DNA from: a virus
Taxonomy: Duplodnaviria; Heunggongvirae; Uroviricota; Caudoviricetes
Strand: one strand, 5' to 3'
Length of the DNA stretch: 64,000 bases
Virus record (IMG/VR): IMGVR_UViG_2595698353_000001
Location: 78,564 to 142,563 of that record
Made by a program: the position numbers and the translations under genes. The notes below the pieces were generated by a model that saw nothing but the letters and a program-made list of their open reading frames with translations, was not told where the DNA came from and ran no database searches. Positions 25,411 through 35,405 of this stretch are shown piece by piece. Numbering within the stretch: position 1 is the first letter of the stretch; each line of letters begins with the position of its first letter.

Positions 25411-28400
25411 TTGAGCAACACGTACGTGGGGCTGCACCAGCACACTGACAACTCCTTTCTCGACGGCCTGCAGTCCGTCACCCGCCTCGCACAGCGCGCC
25501 AAGGAGCTCGGGCACACCGCGACCGCGATCACCGACCACCAGGAGGTCGGCGGCCATCTGATGTTCCAGAACGCGTGCCGCGACGCCGGGGTGAAGCCGA
25601 TCTTCGGTATGGAGGGCTACCTCGTCGACAGCGTGCAGCGGGCGCGCGACGAGAAGCACAAGCCGTCCGACTTCTCGCACATCACGCTGCTGGCCCAGAA
25701 CGACAAGGGCCTGTCGAACCTCTGGGCCTGGAGCTCCGAGGCGTATATGCGGAACTTCTACCACAAGGCGTTGTCCGACTGGGACTTTGCGCGCGAGTAC
25801 GGCGAGGGCCTGTACGCCTCCGACGGCTGCCTGCTCTCGTATATGGCGATGGCGATCATCGACGACAACGAGAGTCGCGCGCACGAGCTCATGGGGCGGT
25901 ACCTCGACACGTTCGGGGACAACTTCTACATGGAGCTGCATACCTGGCAGATCATCGGCGCGCAGTCCGAGCACCACCTCAAGCTCAACGCCGACATGAC
26001 CAAGGTGAACCAGGCCAAGGTGGCCCTGGCCAACCAGTACGGCGTCCCGCTCGTCGTCGTCAACGATGCGCACTACGCGTCCGAGGACGAGTGGGAGGAC
26101 CACGCGCTGGTGTGGGAGATGTCGACCGGCGGCGGCAAGACGAAGAACGACGACCAGACCGGGCGCGGCCAGGCGGCGGCGTGGGTCATGGACGACGCCG
26201 AGCTGTACTACTGGATGTCGAACCACGGGATCCCGAATCACGTTACGGCGGAGGCGATCAAGAACTCCGCGATGATCGGCGAGAACTGCAACGCCGAGAT
26301 CCGGTCCGAGCTACGGATCCCCCGACTGACGAACTCGGACCACGACGACCTCCGGATGTTCCTCGAGCACGTCGAGGCCGGGTTCAAGCGCAAGGTCGAG
26401 GAGCGCGGGCTCGATCGCGAGAAGTACTGGGCGCGTGTGGAGATGGAGGTCCGCACCATCACCAGCAAGAACTTCGCCGGGTACTTCAACGTCGTCGCCG
26501 ACTACACCAAGTGGGCTAAGGACCGCATGCTCGTCGGTCCCGGCCGTGGTTCGGCCGGTGGCTCGCTCGTCTCGTACCTGATGGACATCACCGAGCTCGA
26601 CCCGATCAAGTACGACCTGATGTTCGAGCGGTTCATCTCGCCGGAGCGGAAGAACTTCCCCGACATCGATCTCGACTTCCCGCAGAAGCGTCGCGGCGAG
26701 GTCGTCGACTACATCGCCGACCGCTACGGCCACGACTGCGTCTGCTCGATCGGCACCCGGGCCAAGCTCGGCCCGAAGAGCGCGATCCGCGACATCGCCC
26801 GCGCGCTGCACATCCCGCTCGACGACGCGAACGATATGGCCAAGCTCGTCGAGCAGATCAAGGAGATGGACGACCGCGAAGAGGACAACGAGGAGAAGGA
26901 GACCTGGGAGGACGTGATCGAGCGCAAGGGCGGCGAGCTGCTGCCCTGGATGCGCAAGTATCCCGACCTGTTCGACCGCGTCGAGCGCATGGTGGGCATG
27001 ACCCGCTCCGCCGGTAAGCACCCGGCGGGCGTGCTGGTCTCGGATCGATCGATCACCGGCGAGCTGCCGATGCGCTTCCGCAACAACACCGCGTCGTCGC
27101 AGTTCGACATGTCCGAGGTCGAATGGCTCGGCTACGTCAAGCTCGACGTCCTGGGGCTGCGCCACCTCGACACCCTCACCATCGCACGGGATCTCATCTT
27201 TGAGCGCCACGGCATCTTCCTGGACTACTACACGTTCGACGAGCAGCAGTACGACGACCCGGCCATCTGGCCCGCCGTCAGCGCCGGAGGCACGCTGGGC
27301 CTGTTCCAGCTCGAGTCGGCCGGTGGCACCGAGGCAACGAAGGCGTTCAAGCCGCTGGGCATCGCCGACGTCGCCGACCTGATCTCGATCAACCGTCCGG
27401 GCGTCATCGACGCGGGCCTGAAGGACGTCTTCATCGACCGGCGGCACGGCGTCGAGCCGGTGCACTACGACCATCCGATGATGGCCCGGTTCGTCGGCAA
27501 GACCCAGGGCATCCTGGTCTACCAGGAGCAGATCCTGGAGGTCGTCCAGGCCATCGCCGGGTTCACACCCGACGAGGCCGACACGCTCCGCTCGCTGCTG
27601 TCGAAGAAGAAGGCCGACAAGCTGCCGCCGTTCCGTGAGAAGTTCTTCCGCAACTGCCTCGCGAGCCCGGACTTCGTTGGGCAGAGCCCGAACCCGCGCG
27701 GCGCGGCCGAGGCGATCTGGAACTCGATCGAGGCGTCCGGCCGGTACTCGTTCAACAAGGCTCACGCGTTCGCGTACGCGATGATCCCGTGCTGGGAGGC
27801 ATGGGTGAAGCACTACTACTACGCCGAGTTCGTCACCGCGCTGCTGTGCACCGACGAGAAGAAGGTCAAGCGCTACATGGGTGAGGCGCGCGGGCGCGGC
27901 CTGGCCGTCATGCCGCCGGACATCAACATCTCCGGCCAGAACTTCACCCTGGTGGATAGCGTCATTCGCTTCGGGCTCGGCTCGGTCCGGGGCATCGGCG
28001 AGGGCGCGGCCAACGAGCTCATCTCGAAGGCCCCGTACACCTCGGTCGCCGACGTCGTCGAGAAGGTCGACGGCAAGAAGGCCAACGCGGCCGCCCTGAT
28101 GAACCTCATCAAGATCGGCGCGTTCGACGAGTTCGGCCCGCGCGCCGACCAGATGGTCGAGCTCCGGGCGATCAAGAAGTCGAAGAAGGAGCTCGAGATC
28201 CCGGACTTCGCCAGCCCGCTTGGGCTGACCGAGGTCGAGGAGCACCTCGTCGGCACCTGGATCACCCACGACCCACTCGGCCCGTGGCACAAGATGATCG
28301 AGGACCTGTGCTCCACCGAGTCGGAGGTCGAGCGGCTCACCAAGGGCGAGGTCACCATGGTCGGCGGGCTCGTCACCGACGTCCACCAGATCCGCACGCG

Positions 28401-28587
28401 CGCAGGCAAGCCGATGGGCTTCGTCACGATCGAGCACCACGACCAGTCGTTCCGGGTCGTCTGCTTCCCCGAGTCGTGGGAGTCCAACCGAGCGTTCATC
28501 AAGACCAACACCCCCGTCATCTGCCGCGTCGGCCGACTCGATCGCGGCATCCAGCTCATCCTCGTCCAGCGCCTCGACTACCTGTAG
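25411..28587 (+). CDS. dnaE: DNA polymerase III alpha subunit (DnaE-type, PHP domain N-terminus)
   Basis: HQHTDNSFLDG is the PHP start. 1058 aa with polymerase core and OB-like C-terminus. Start is uncertain (TTG at 25411 after GGAG). Confidence 0.9.
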   Translation: MSNTYVGLHQHTDNSFLDGLQSVTRLAQRAKELGHTATAITDHQEVGGHLMFQNACRDAGVKPIFGMEGYLVDSVQRARDEKHKPSDFSHITLLAQNDKGLSNLWAWSSEAYMRNFYHKALSDWDFAREYGEGLYASDGCLLSYMAMAIIDDNESRAHELMGRYLDTFGDNFYMELHTWQIIGAQSEHHLKLNADMTKVNQAKVALANQYGVPLVVVNDAHYASEDEWEDHALVWEMSTGGGKTKNDDQTGRGQAAAWVMDDAELYYWMSNHGIPNHVTAEAIKNSAMIGENCNAEIRSELRIPRLTNSDHDDLRMFLEHVEAGFKRKVEERGLDREKYWARVEMEVRTITSKNFAGYFNVVADYTKWAKDRMLVGPGRGSAGGSLVSYLMDITELDPIKYDLMFERFISPERKNFPDIDLDFPQKRRGEVVDYIADRYGHDCVCSIGTRAKLGPKSAIRDIARALHIPLDDANDMAKLVEQIKEMDDREEDNEEKETWEDVIERKGGELLPWMRKYPDLFDRVERMVGMTRSAGKHPAGVLVSDRSITGELPMRFRNNTASSQFDMSEVEWLGYVKLDVLGLRHLDTLTIARDLIFERHGIFLDYYTFDEQQYDDPAIWPAVSAGGTLGLFQLESAGGTEATKAFKPLGIADVADLISINRPGVIDAGLKDVFIDRRHGVEPVHYDHPMMARFVGKTQGILVYQEQILEVVQAIAGFTPDEADTLRSLLSKKKADKLPPFREKFFRNCLASPDFVGQSPNPRGAAEAIWNSIEASGRYSFNKAHAFAYAMIPCWEAWVKHYYYAEFVTALLCTDEKKVKRYMGEARGRGLAVMPPDINISGQNFTLVDSVIRFGLGSVRGIGEGAANELISKAPYTSVADVVEKVDGKKANAAALMNLIKIGAFDEFGPRADQMVELRAIKKSKKELEIPDFASPLGLTEVEEHLVGTWITHDPLGPWHKMIEDLCSTESEVERLTKGEVTMVGGLVTDVHQIRTRAGKPMGFVTIEHHDQSFRVVCFPESWESNRAFIKTNTPVICRVGRLDRGIQLILVQRLDYL

Positions 28588-28597
28588 GGAGACTCAA

Positions 28598-29743
28598 ATG
28601 ACTGCCACTGCAACCGCTTCGGCGGCCACCATCCGCTCGATCTCGAAGCTGCGCGACGAGATCAACAAGGTCCACGGCGAGGGCTCCGCGTACTTCGCGA
28701 AGGACATCCCGCCGCCGGACATCATCACCTCCGGCTCACTGTCGCTGGACTACGCGATCGGCCTCGGCGGCATCCCGAACAACTGCATCGTCGAGATCTG
28801 TGGCCCCGAGGGCATCGGCAAGACCTCGCTGGCATTCGTCATCGCGCGCCAGTACCTCGACGTCTTCCCGAACAAGGGCGTCGTGATTCTCGATGTGGAG
28901 CACAAGATCTCGCCCGACTGGGCCGCCAAGCTGATCGGCGAGCACCGCATGGACCGCGTCGTGATCATGTGGCCGGACACCGCCGAGCAGGCCACCGACA
29001 TGTACGTGGCCGCGTGCAAGTCCGAGACCATCTCGATGGTCGTCTTCGACTCGATCGGCGGCGCACCGACGCAGCGCGTCACCGAGAAGTCGGCCGAGGT
29101 CGGCAACGTCGGCGGCAACGCCCTCGCGATCACCCGCTTCGGTCAGCTGGCGGCGATCCACTCGGACAAGTACCGAGTGCTCACCGTCGGCATCAACCAG
29201 CTGCGCGACGGCATGAATCCCCGTCTGCCGCACGCCACCCGGACGCCGGGCGGCCGTGGCTGGAAGCACAACTGCTCGCTGCGCATCCAGCTCAAGCCGG
29301 GCGGCCAGGACTACGAGGACACGATCAACGGCGAGAAGATCCGCGTCGGCTACAAGGTCAAGGCCGTCGTGATCAAGAGCGGCATCGGCGTGCCGTTCCG
29401 CACCGCCGAGTGGGATTTTTACAACGTGCCCACCGAGAAGTACGGCCCGATCGGCATCGACACCACCGACGAGATCGCGCGCCTGTCCAAGGCGACCGGC
29501 GTCTTCCAGATGTCCGGCAGCCACTTCAACCACCCGGCGCTCCCCGGCGGAAAGGTCAACGGCGTCAAGGCTCTTGCCGAGGCGCTGCGGGCCGACGACT
29601 CGCTGCGCATGACGGTCACCTCCGAGATCATGGCCTCGCTGCGTGAGGGCAAGGTCAACGCGTCCGAGATCGCGCCGATCATCGACTCGCTCGAGGGCCT
29701 GGCTCTCGACGAGACCAGCGACGACGATCCGGCGGCCGAGTAG
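28598..29743 (+). CDS. recA: RecA-like recombinase
   Basis: GPEGIGKTSLA is Walker A. MVVFDSIGG is Walker B. RecA core length. Confidence 0.85.
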   Translation: MTATATASAATIRSISKLRDEINKVHGEGSAYFAKDIPPPDIITSGSLSLDYAIGLGGIPNNCIVEICGPEGIGKTSLAFVIARQYLDVFPNKGVVILDVEHKISPDWAAKLIGEHRMDRVVIMWPDTAEQATDMYVAACKSETISMVVFDSIGGAPTQRVTEKSAEVGNVGGNALAITRFGQLAAIHSDKYRVLTVGINQLRDGMNPRLPHATRTPGGRGWKHNCSLRIQLKPGGQDYEDTINGEKIRVGYKVKAVVIKSGIGVPFRTAEWDFYNVPTEKYGPIGIDTTDEIARLSKATGVFQMSGSHFNHPALPGGKVNGVKALAEALRADDSLRMTVTSEIMASLREGKVNASEIAPIIDSLEGLALDETSDDDPAAE

Positions 29744-30093
29744 TGCCCGAGAAGAACTGGGAGCGGCACGAACGGGAGATCCAGGAGCTGTTGGGCCTGC
29801 GGGCGACGATCGCCAGCGGCAACCAGTGGCACGACCCGAGCGACGGCGTCACGCCGGGGCACTATAGCGACTCTACGTTTCCCCTGATGGTAGACTGCAA
29901 GTGCACTACGCAGAAGTCATTCTCTCTGTCCCGCACCTTCTTTGCCGACTGGCGGAAGAAGGCCGAAATGGCCGGGAAGAGGTTCCTGATGCCGGTCCGC
30001 TTCGAGTACAAGGACGGCCGGATCGAGAGGCGCGAGGACTACGTCATCCTCGCCCTCGACGACCTCGTGGATCTGCTGGAGAACAGAGGATAG
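29743..30093 (+). CDS. hypothetical protein (116 aa), possibly a small nuclease
   Basis: GTG overlaps the upstream stop. DxK-like motif MVDCKC. Weak. Confidence 0.45.
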   Translation: MPEKNWERHEREIQELLGLRATIASGNQWHDPSDGVTPGHYSDSTFPLMVDCKCTTQKSFSLSRTFFADWRKKAEMAGKRFLMPVRFEYKDGRIERREDYVILALDDLVDLLENRG

Positions 30094-30097
30094 GTAG

Positions 30098-30910
30098 TTG
30101 GGAAAGTCCCCGTACGGCGCGATCTTCGCCAAGCTGCAGGAGCGCCAGATCTTGGTGCCCCTGCTCGAGGCGGCGGTGATGAGCGAGGAGTGGCCGGAGT
30201 CGTATTCGGTCGCCGTCGACTCGTCGCCGTACTACGGCGGGGTCGCGCCGGACGGGGACACCTCGGTGCTCAAGGAGATGCGCCGGGGCGGCGCGGGCGA
30301 CGGCCACTTCCACCCGTCGACGCACGCGCTGATGCCCGAACGCGAGCTGTACTACCACTTCCACCCCGAGCACCACGAGAAGCTGATCCACGAGAAGTGG
30401 TCGCTGCAGTCGCTCATGACGGTCGCCATGGGCAGCGCGATGCACGCCATCCTGCAGACCAAGCTGCAGATGATGGGGCTGCTCACGCAGGAGAACACCG
30501 AGCTCGAGTTCGTCGACCAGTTTCGCGGCGCACGCGGCCGACTCGACGCGCTGCTGAATCATCCTGAGTACCAACTGCTCCCGCTCGAGTTCAAGACGAT
30601 GAACCCGCGCTCCTTCGAGGGCCTGGAGGTCATCAAGCCCGAGTGGGACGCGCAGTTCTCGATCAACCTGGACCAGAACGGATTTGACTGGGGGCTCATC
30701 CTGGTCTTGCAGACCGGGTGGCCCTACCGGTTCCGTGAGTTCCGGGTGCAGAAGAACCAGATGCTCGTGGACCAGATCTACGAGAAGTGGGCGCGGGTCC
30801 GGGCGGCCATCCAGGCCGACATCCCGCCGCGCCGCTGTTGCTCACTGAACTCCGGGCAGATGAAGAGCTGTCCGGCCCGATACGAATGCTGGGGAGACAT
30901 ACTCGCATGA
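30098..30910 (+). CDS. Cas4/RecB-family PD-(D/E)xK exonuclease with C-terminal Cys cluster
   Basis: LEFKTMNPRS is an ExK motif. C-terminal RRCCSLNSGQMKSCPARYEC. Start uncertain (TTG 30098 or ATG 30178). Confidence 0.7.
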   Translation: MGKSPYGAIFAKLQERQILVPLLEAAVMSEEWPESYSVAVDSSPYYGGVAPDGDTSVLKEMRRGGAGDGHFHPSTHALMPERELYYHFHPEHHEKLIHEKWSLQSLMTVAMGSAMHAILQTKLQMMGLLTQENTELEFVDQFRGARGRLDALLNHPEYQLLPLEFKTMNPRSFEGLEVIKPEWDAQFSINLDQNGFDWGLILVLQTGWPYRFREFRVQKNQMLVDQIYEKWARVRAAIQADIPPRRCCSLNSGQMKSCPARYECWGDILA

Positions 30911-31467
30911 AAGTGGTCGGAATCGATCCGTCGCTCACGAAGACCGGCATCGCCCTTCTCGGCGGCGATCACGGAAAGTTCATGAAGGTGGGCTCCGTCG
31001 GCAGCGTCACCACGGACTCGTGGGACCTTCGGTACCGGCGGCTGGAGGGGCTCGCCGACAGGGTCGTGCAGCAGGCCGTCTACGACCACGCCTGGCCCCA
31101 CCTGGTGGTGATGGAAGGCCCGGCGTACGACACCAAGGGCGTCGGAAAGTTCGACAGCGGAGGCCTGTGGTGGCTGATCTACGGCCTGCTCAAGAGCAAC
31201 GGGGCCGACATCCTCATCGTGACCCCCAAGCAGCGCGCGAAGTACGCGACCGGGAACGGCAACTCGCACAAGGACATCGTGGTCACGGACGCCGTCCGCC
31301 GGTACCCGCAGTACGACTTCCGGGGCAACGACGAGGCCGACGCGCTGATCCTGGCCGCCATCGGCCGCCGGTTGCTCGGCGACCCGGTCGAGGAGTCGCT
31401 GCCCAAGACCCACCTCGACGCCCTGAAGCTGATCAAGCTCCCCGAACACCTGGAGATCGCGCTGTGA
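30907..31467 (+). CDS. RuvC-like Holliday junction resolvase
   Basis: MKVVGIDPSLTKTGIALL. Catalytic acidic residues include DEADALILAAIG. ATG overlaps the upstream stop. Confidence 0.8.
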   Translation: MKVVGIDPSLTKTGIALLGGDHGKFMKVGSVGSVTTDSWDLRYRRLEGLADRVVQQAVYDHAWPHLVVMEGPAYDTKGVGKFDSGGLWWLIYGLLKSNGADILIVTPKQRAKYATGNGNSHKDIVVTDAVRRYPQYDFRGNDEADALILAAIGRRLLGDPVEESLPKTHLDALKLIKLPEHLEIAL

Positions 31468-32183
31468 CCGAACGCCTGGGAGACATGGCGGCGCGCGTCG
31501 CCGACGACATCCGCAGCAAGCAGCTGAGCCAGCTCGAGGGCGACCAGCGCGAGCTCGGCGACGATGCCCGCAGCCTCGAGTCCGACGCGCGCTCCGAGCT
31601 GTTCACCAAGATCGACTTCCGCTGGCGTTCATCGGATCAGATGGCGCTCGAGCGGATCCGGGGCGCGGTCTCCGCGATGTTCGCGCAGGAGTTCGCCTCG
31701 TCCATCGCCGTCCTCGACGAGCTCTACGCGACCGTCCGCGTGCCCGAGGTCAACGAGTGGGGCGTCGTGAAGGTCGACGCGCAGAATCGCCCGGTCTGGC
31801 TCGTCGGCACGAGCGGGCAGCCGGTGGAGGACTGGAACCGCCTGACCGGCCAGGACATCGAGGCCGCGCTGTTCCGCCTGCAGCACCTCGCCTTCTCGAT
31901 CACGCAGCAGGTGAACGACCTGCAGACCGACGCCCTGTTCGCGAAGTACATCTACGACGAGGTCTGGGAGGACGCCTACTCGGACGTCGTGGAGGGCACC
32001 GTCAGGGACCGCGAGGCCCGGGCGGGCCGGAAGGCCCGGCAGGAGAAGTACGTGGCGTTCTTCCGCTACGCACTGTGGTCCTCGTCGGACACCTTCAAGC
32101 GCGAAGTCGACAGCTTCCGGCGGCTGCTCGAGCGCACTCTGTCCTGGAATGTCTGGAATAACCCGAACGCCGGGCGCGGGTAG
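31464..32183 (+). CDS. hypothetical protein (239 aa)
   Basis: GTG overlaps the RuvC stop. In frame with track ORF 31020-32183. Confidence 0.55.
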   Translation: MTERLGDMAARVADDIRSKQLSQLEGDQRELGDDARSLESDARSELFTKIDFRWRSSDQMALERIRGAVSAMFAQEFASSIAVLDELYATVRVPEVNEWGVVKVDAQNRPVWLVGTSGQPVEDWNRLTGQDIEAALFRLQHLAFSITQQVNDLQTDALFAKYIYDEVWEDAYSDVVEGTVRDREARAGRKARQEKYVAFFRYALWSSSDTFKREVDSFRRLLERTLSWNVWNNPNAGRG

Positions 32184-32197
32184 GTCGGAGGTCCACC

Positions 32198-32620
32198 ATG
32201 CCACGTCAGCTCCCCGCCGATCCGGTCAAGCGCCGGGTCGCCCTCTGGAAGAGGATGTTCTCCCAGTACCAGCACTGGGGGTCGCTCGTCGAGAGCGACC
32301 AGGTCTACTTCCTGACCATCGAGGGTGAGGAGATCTACTACTACGACGTGATGGTGGGGCTCTGCACCCTGCCGCCGCGCCAAAAGGAGGCCTTCGACCT
32401 CCATGTTCTGCAGGGGTACTCCGAGCAGGCTGCCGCGTCGATCATGTTCCCGAACTCGAAGTGGTCGACGCCGGTGCAGCAGTACTCGAACATCGCGCTG
32501 AGCAAGATGATCGAGGCGTACGACAACTTCCAGAAGGGCACCAAGCCGGTGCCGTACGAACCGAGGGGATCGAAGCCAAAGACACAGGATGTTGTGCCTG
32601 AGGCTGTCGCGGACCACTAG
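32198..32620 (+). CDS. sigma-70 region-4-like HTH protein (possible late-gene regulator)
   Basis: LPPRQKEAFDLHVLQGYSEQAAASIMF...NIALSKMIEAY resembles sigma region 4.2. Confidence 0.5.
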   Translation: MPRQLPADPVKRRVALWKRMFSQYQHWGSLVESDQVYFLTIEGEEIYYYDVMVGLCTLPPRQKEAFDLHVLQGYSEQAAASIMFPNSKWSTPVQQYSNIALSKMIEAYDNFQKGTKPVPYEPRGSKPKTQDVVPEAVADH

Positions 32621-32682
32621 ATGTTGTGTAGGTGCTCTATCATGGGTATGTCTGATGACACTGCGCCTAGAGGAGTCACCGT

Positions 32683-32952
32683 ATGCCCAACCTCTGCTCG
32701 ATTACGTGTGGCGCGAATCTGGAGCTTGAGGAGGTGGCGGACCGCATCCTGGCTGATGGCCGGGCCGGGGTCACCAAGCTCTCCGAGAAGCAGGACTACC
32801 TCTCGCCCGGTCAGCTCGACCGCCGACGGCAGCGCGAGATTTACAACCGCAACGGGTTCCCCGAGCCCCACCTGTTCTCGGGGATGTTCAACCGGGCGTA
32901 CAACCCCGTGATGGCGGACCGGCTTCGCTCCGGCCACGCCGACGACGACTAG
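32683..32952 (+). CDS. hypothetical protein (89 aa)
   Basis: ORF only. Confidence 0.4.
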   Translation: MPNLCSITCGANLELEEVADRILADGRAGVTKLSEKQDYLSPGQLDRRRQREIYNRNGFPEPHLFSGMFNRAYNPVMADRLRSGHADDD

Positions 32953-32968
32953 AGGAGATTCTGCGGGC

Positions 32969-33712
32969 ATGACCGACCGTGAGATCGCAAGCGCGGAGGC
33001 CCGCGCCGAGCTGGAAAACCAGGTGGACGAGGTCGTCGTCGCCCACCGGCGGTACGTCTTCACCCCGGAGCCGCGCTGCCGCGTCTGCCAGCACGAGGAC
33101 GTCCGCGAGAAGGTCAACCGCCTGCTCGCGCACGGCCGCACCTACGCGTCGATCCTGCGGGAGATCGAGCCGATCGTCGAGGGCTTCGACGACGTCCGGC
33201 GGCCGACGTACCAGTCGATCTACAACCACGCGAAGCGGCACTTCGCGATCGACAACGCGGCCCGGGCCGTGCACCGCGAGATCCTCGAGCGCCGCGCCGT
33301 CCAGACCGACATCGACTTCGTCAACGGCGTCGCGCACGCCATCACGCCGCTGGCGCTGCTCGAGTCGACCGTGGTGAAGGGCTACCAGGCCATCACGAGC
33401 CCGGACGTCCAGGTCGACGTGAAGACGGCCATCGCGGCCGCCGTGAAGCTGCACGAGCTGACCTCCACCGACGAGAAGGCCGCCGAGGCCGCGCAGATCA
33501 TGGCGCAGCTCAACCAGGTGATCCAGGCCGTCCGCAAGGTGGTGCCGGAGCAGTACTGGGACCAGATCGTCGACGAGCTCGAGGGTAAGGTCGAGGGTGT
33601 CGTGCGGGAGGTCCCGCCGCTGGAGGTCGAGGTGGTTGCCGACCAGGAGCCGGACGATCCGGCCTACGAGCCGGACGCCGTGGGGATCGACCAGGACGAC
33701 GACCTCGACTAG
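32969..33712 (+). CDS. hypothetical protein with N-terminal zinc ribbon and acidic C-terminus
   Basis: CRVCQHEDVREKVNRLLAHG. Confidence 0.55.
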   Translation: MTDREIASAEARAELENQVDEVVVAHRRYVFTPEPRCRVCQHEDVREKVNRLLAHGRTYASILREIEPIVEGFDDVRRPTYQSIYNHAKRHFAIDNAARAVHREILERRAVQTDIDFVNGVAHAITPLALLESTVVKGYQAITSPDVQVDVKTAIAAAVKLHELTSTDEKAAEAAQIMAQLNQVIQAVRKVVPEQYWDQIVDELEGKVEGVVREVPPLEVEVVADQEPDDPAYEPDAVGIDQDDDLD

Positions 33713-33825
33713 TCGCCGGGTGACCTTGTGTGGTAATCCAAGATCAGGTAGTGTCCTACAGGTACTCAGCGGTTCCCCTACCGCAGAGCGATACCAGTTC
33801 CACACTCAGTGAGGACATTCCACTC

Positions 33826-34833
33826 ATGATCGTTTCCGACCTCCAGGAGACCCTGGGGACCACGCAGCCCACCATCGAGCTGCCGATGTCCGACCTGCAC
33901 ATCGCAGACGACGGCTCGGCGATCGAGGTCAAGGGCCATGCGGACATCGAGCTCGACCAGCTGGCCGAGCACGCCCTGGGCAAGCACCTGGGCGTCGCGA
34001 CCAACTACCTCGAGCGCTGCCCGGGCGACCTCAAGGCGTCCAACCTCAACTACTGGCTGCGCCAGCACGCCGAGAAGCAGGCCGTGCTCACCCTGACCTC
34101 GACCGGCGACCTGGTCGACGTCTACGGACCCGAGAAGCGCGTCGTGCCGCTGCCCCGCGTCGCCGACATCATCGTCAGCCGCTTCCGGCCGAACGATGAG
34201 ATCAAGACGCTGCACCGCGACGACAAGCGCTTCCACATCGACGTCATGGTCGAGGCCAGCGTCGAGGTCGCCGGGCACGGCACCGACTGGCGGCCGGAGG
34301 TCGGGGACATCACGCACGGCGGCGTCCGCATCGTCATCCCCTCGGACCTCGGCAACGCGAAGCCGTCGGTCGAGCCCTACCTGCACCGCCTGGTCTGCTC
34401 CAACGGCTGGTCGCAGATGTCGGACTCGAACCAGATCCTGCTCAAGGGCATGACGGTCACCGACATCCTCGACGAGCTCGACGTTCGCATCCGCGAGACC
34501 GTGGAGGACCTGCCGGGTGTGCTCGGCGGCTACGCGAGCCTCGACCAGATCCCGCTGCCGGGCAACATGCTGCAGACCATCCGCACGCTCGGCCAGGAGC
34601 ACAACCTGTCCCCGCGCGTGATCACCAAGGTGATGGACGCAGCCCTCGGCCTCGGCGACGAGCACGCGCCGACCATGTACGACCTCACGCAGGCCTTCAC
34701 CCAGGTGGCCAACAGCTCGGTCGCCTACGGCACGCAGATCGCGCTCCAGCGGCTCGGCGGCCACATTCTGGAGGAGTCGAACGCGCAGCTCTCCAGCCGC
34801 TGCGGCACCTGCGCTCACCTGCTCAACGGATAA
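33826..34833 (+). CDS. hypothetical protein (335 aa, C-terminal CxxC)
   Basis: Start at internal ATG after AGTGAGGAC, downstream of a CCTACAGGTACT operator-like site. Track ORF begins at 33730. Confidence 0.5.
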   Translation: MIVSDLQETLGTTQPTIELPMSDLHIADDGSAIEVKGHADIELDQLAEHALGKHLGVATNYLERCPGDLKASNLNYWLRQHAEKQAVLTLTSTGDLVDVYGPEKRVVPLPRVADIIVSRFRPNDEIKTLHRDDKRFHIDVMVEASVEVAGHGTDWRPEVGDITHGGVRIVIPSDLGNAKPSVEPYLHRLVCSNGWSQMSDSNQILLKGMTVTDILDELDVRIRETVEDLPGVLGGYASLDQIPLPGNMLQTIRTLGQEHNLSPRVITKVMDAALGLGDEHAPTMYDLTQAFTQVANSSVAYGTQIALQRLGGHILEESNAQLSSRCGTCAHLLNG

Positions 34834-34844
34834 TCTCTCTCCCT

Positions 34845-34875
34845 CCGGGGCCGGGCAACCGGCCCCGGTTTTGGG
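34845..34875 (+). terminator. rho-independent terminator
   Basis: CCGGGGCCGG, loop gcaa, CCGGCCCCGG, followed by TTTTGGG. Confidence 0.65.
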
Positions 34876-34944
34876 TGTATCAACACCCTTACCACAGGGA
34901 TCCACTAGAGTAAGTACAAATACTCCACACCAGAGAGAAGCACC

Positions 34945-35376
34945 GTGAGCGTTCCCGATCTCAGCAAGCTCGGCCAGCAGCAGCCGGACGACGGACTCCA
35001 CGACCTCGGCGAGGTCACGCCGCGCGAGGCGAACACCATCAAGTCGATCATGGCGCAGATCCAGCAGAAGTTCGGCGGCAAGCCGATGACCGAGGCCAAT
35101 CAGCTGATGATGGGCCACGAGATCGTCGACCGCTTCGAGAACGAGCTCCAGATGAAGGTCATCCTGACCTGGGCGGGCGTCGAGCCCGACCCCAAGCCGG
35201 GCAACTTCGACCTGCACTACCTGCCGCAGATCGACGTCCTCGGCCGACTCGAGGCCGTGTCGACCGACCACGACCAGATCAAGCATCAGATCCAGACCGG
35301 CGAAGCCGACGGCGAGGTCTTCTACGTCCGCGAGGACGGCACCAAGACCGACGAGCCGCTGCGCAAGAGCTTCTGA
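34945..35376 (+). CDS. hypothetical protein (143 aa)
   Basis: RBS GAGAGAAG then GTG. Confidence 0.55.
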   Translation: MSVPDLSKLGQQQPDDGLHDLGEVTPREANTIKSIMAQIQQKFGGKPMTEANQLMMGHEIVDRFENELQMKVILTWAGVEPDPKPGNFDLHYLPQIDVLGRLEAVSTDHDQIKHQIQTGEADGEVFYVREDGTKTDEPLRKSF

Positions 35377-35405
35377 AGCACCCATCTTCCTCTAGGAGAA
35401 ACCCA

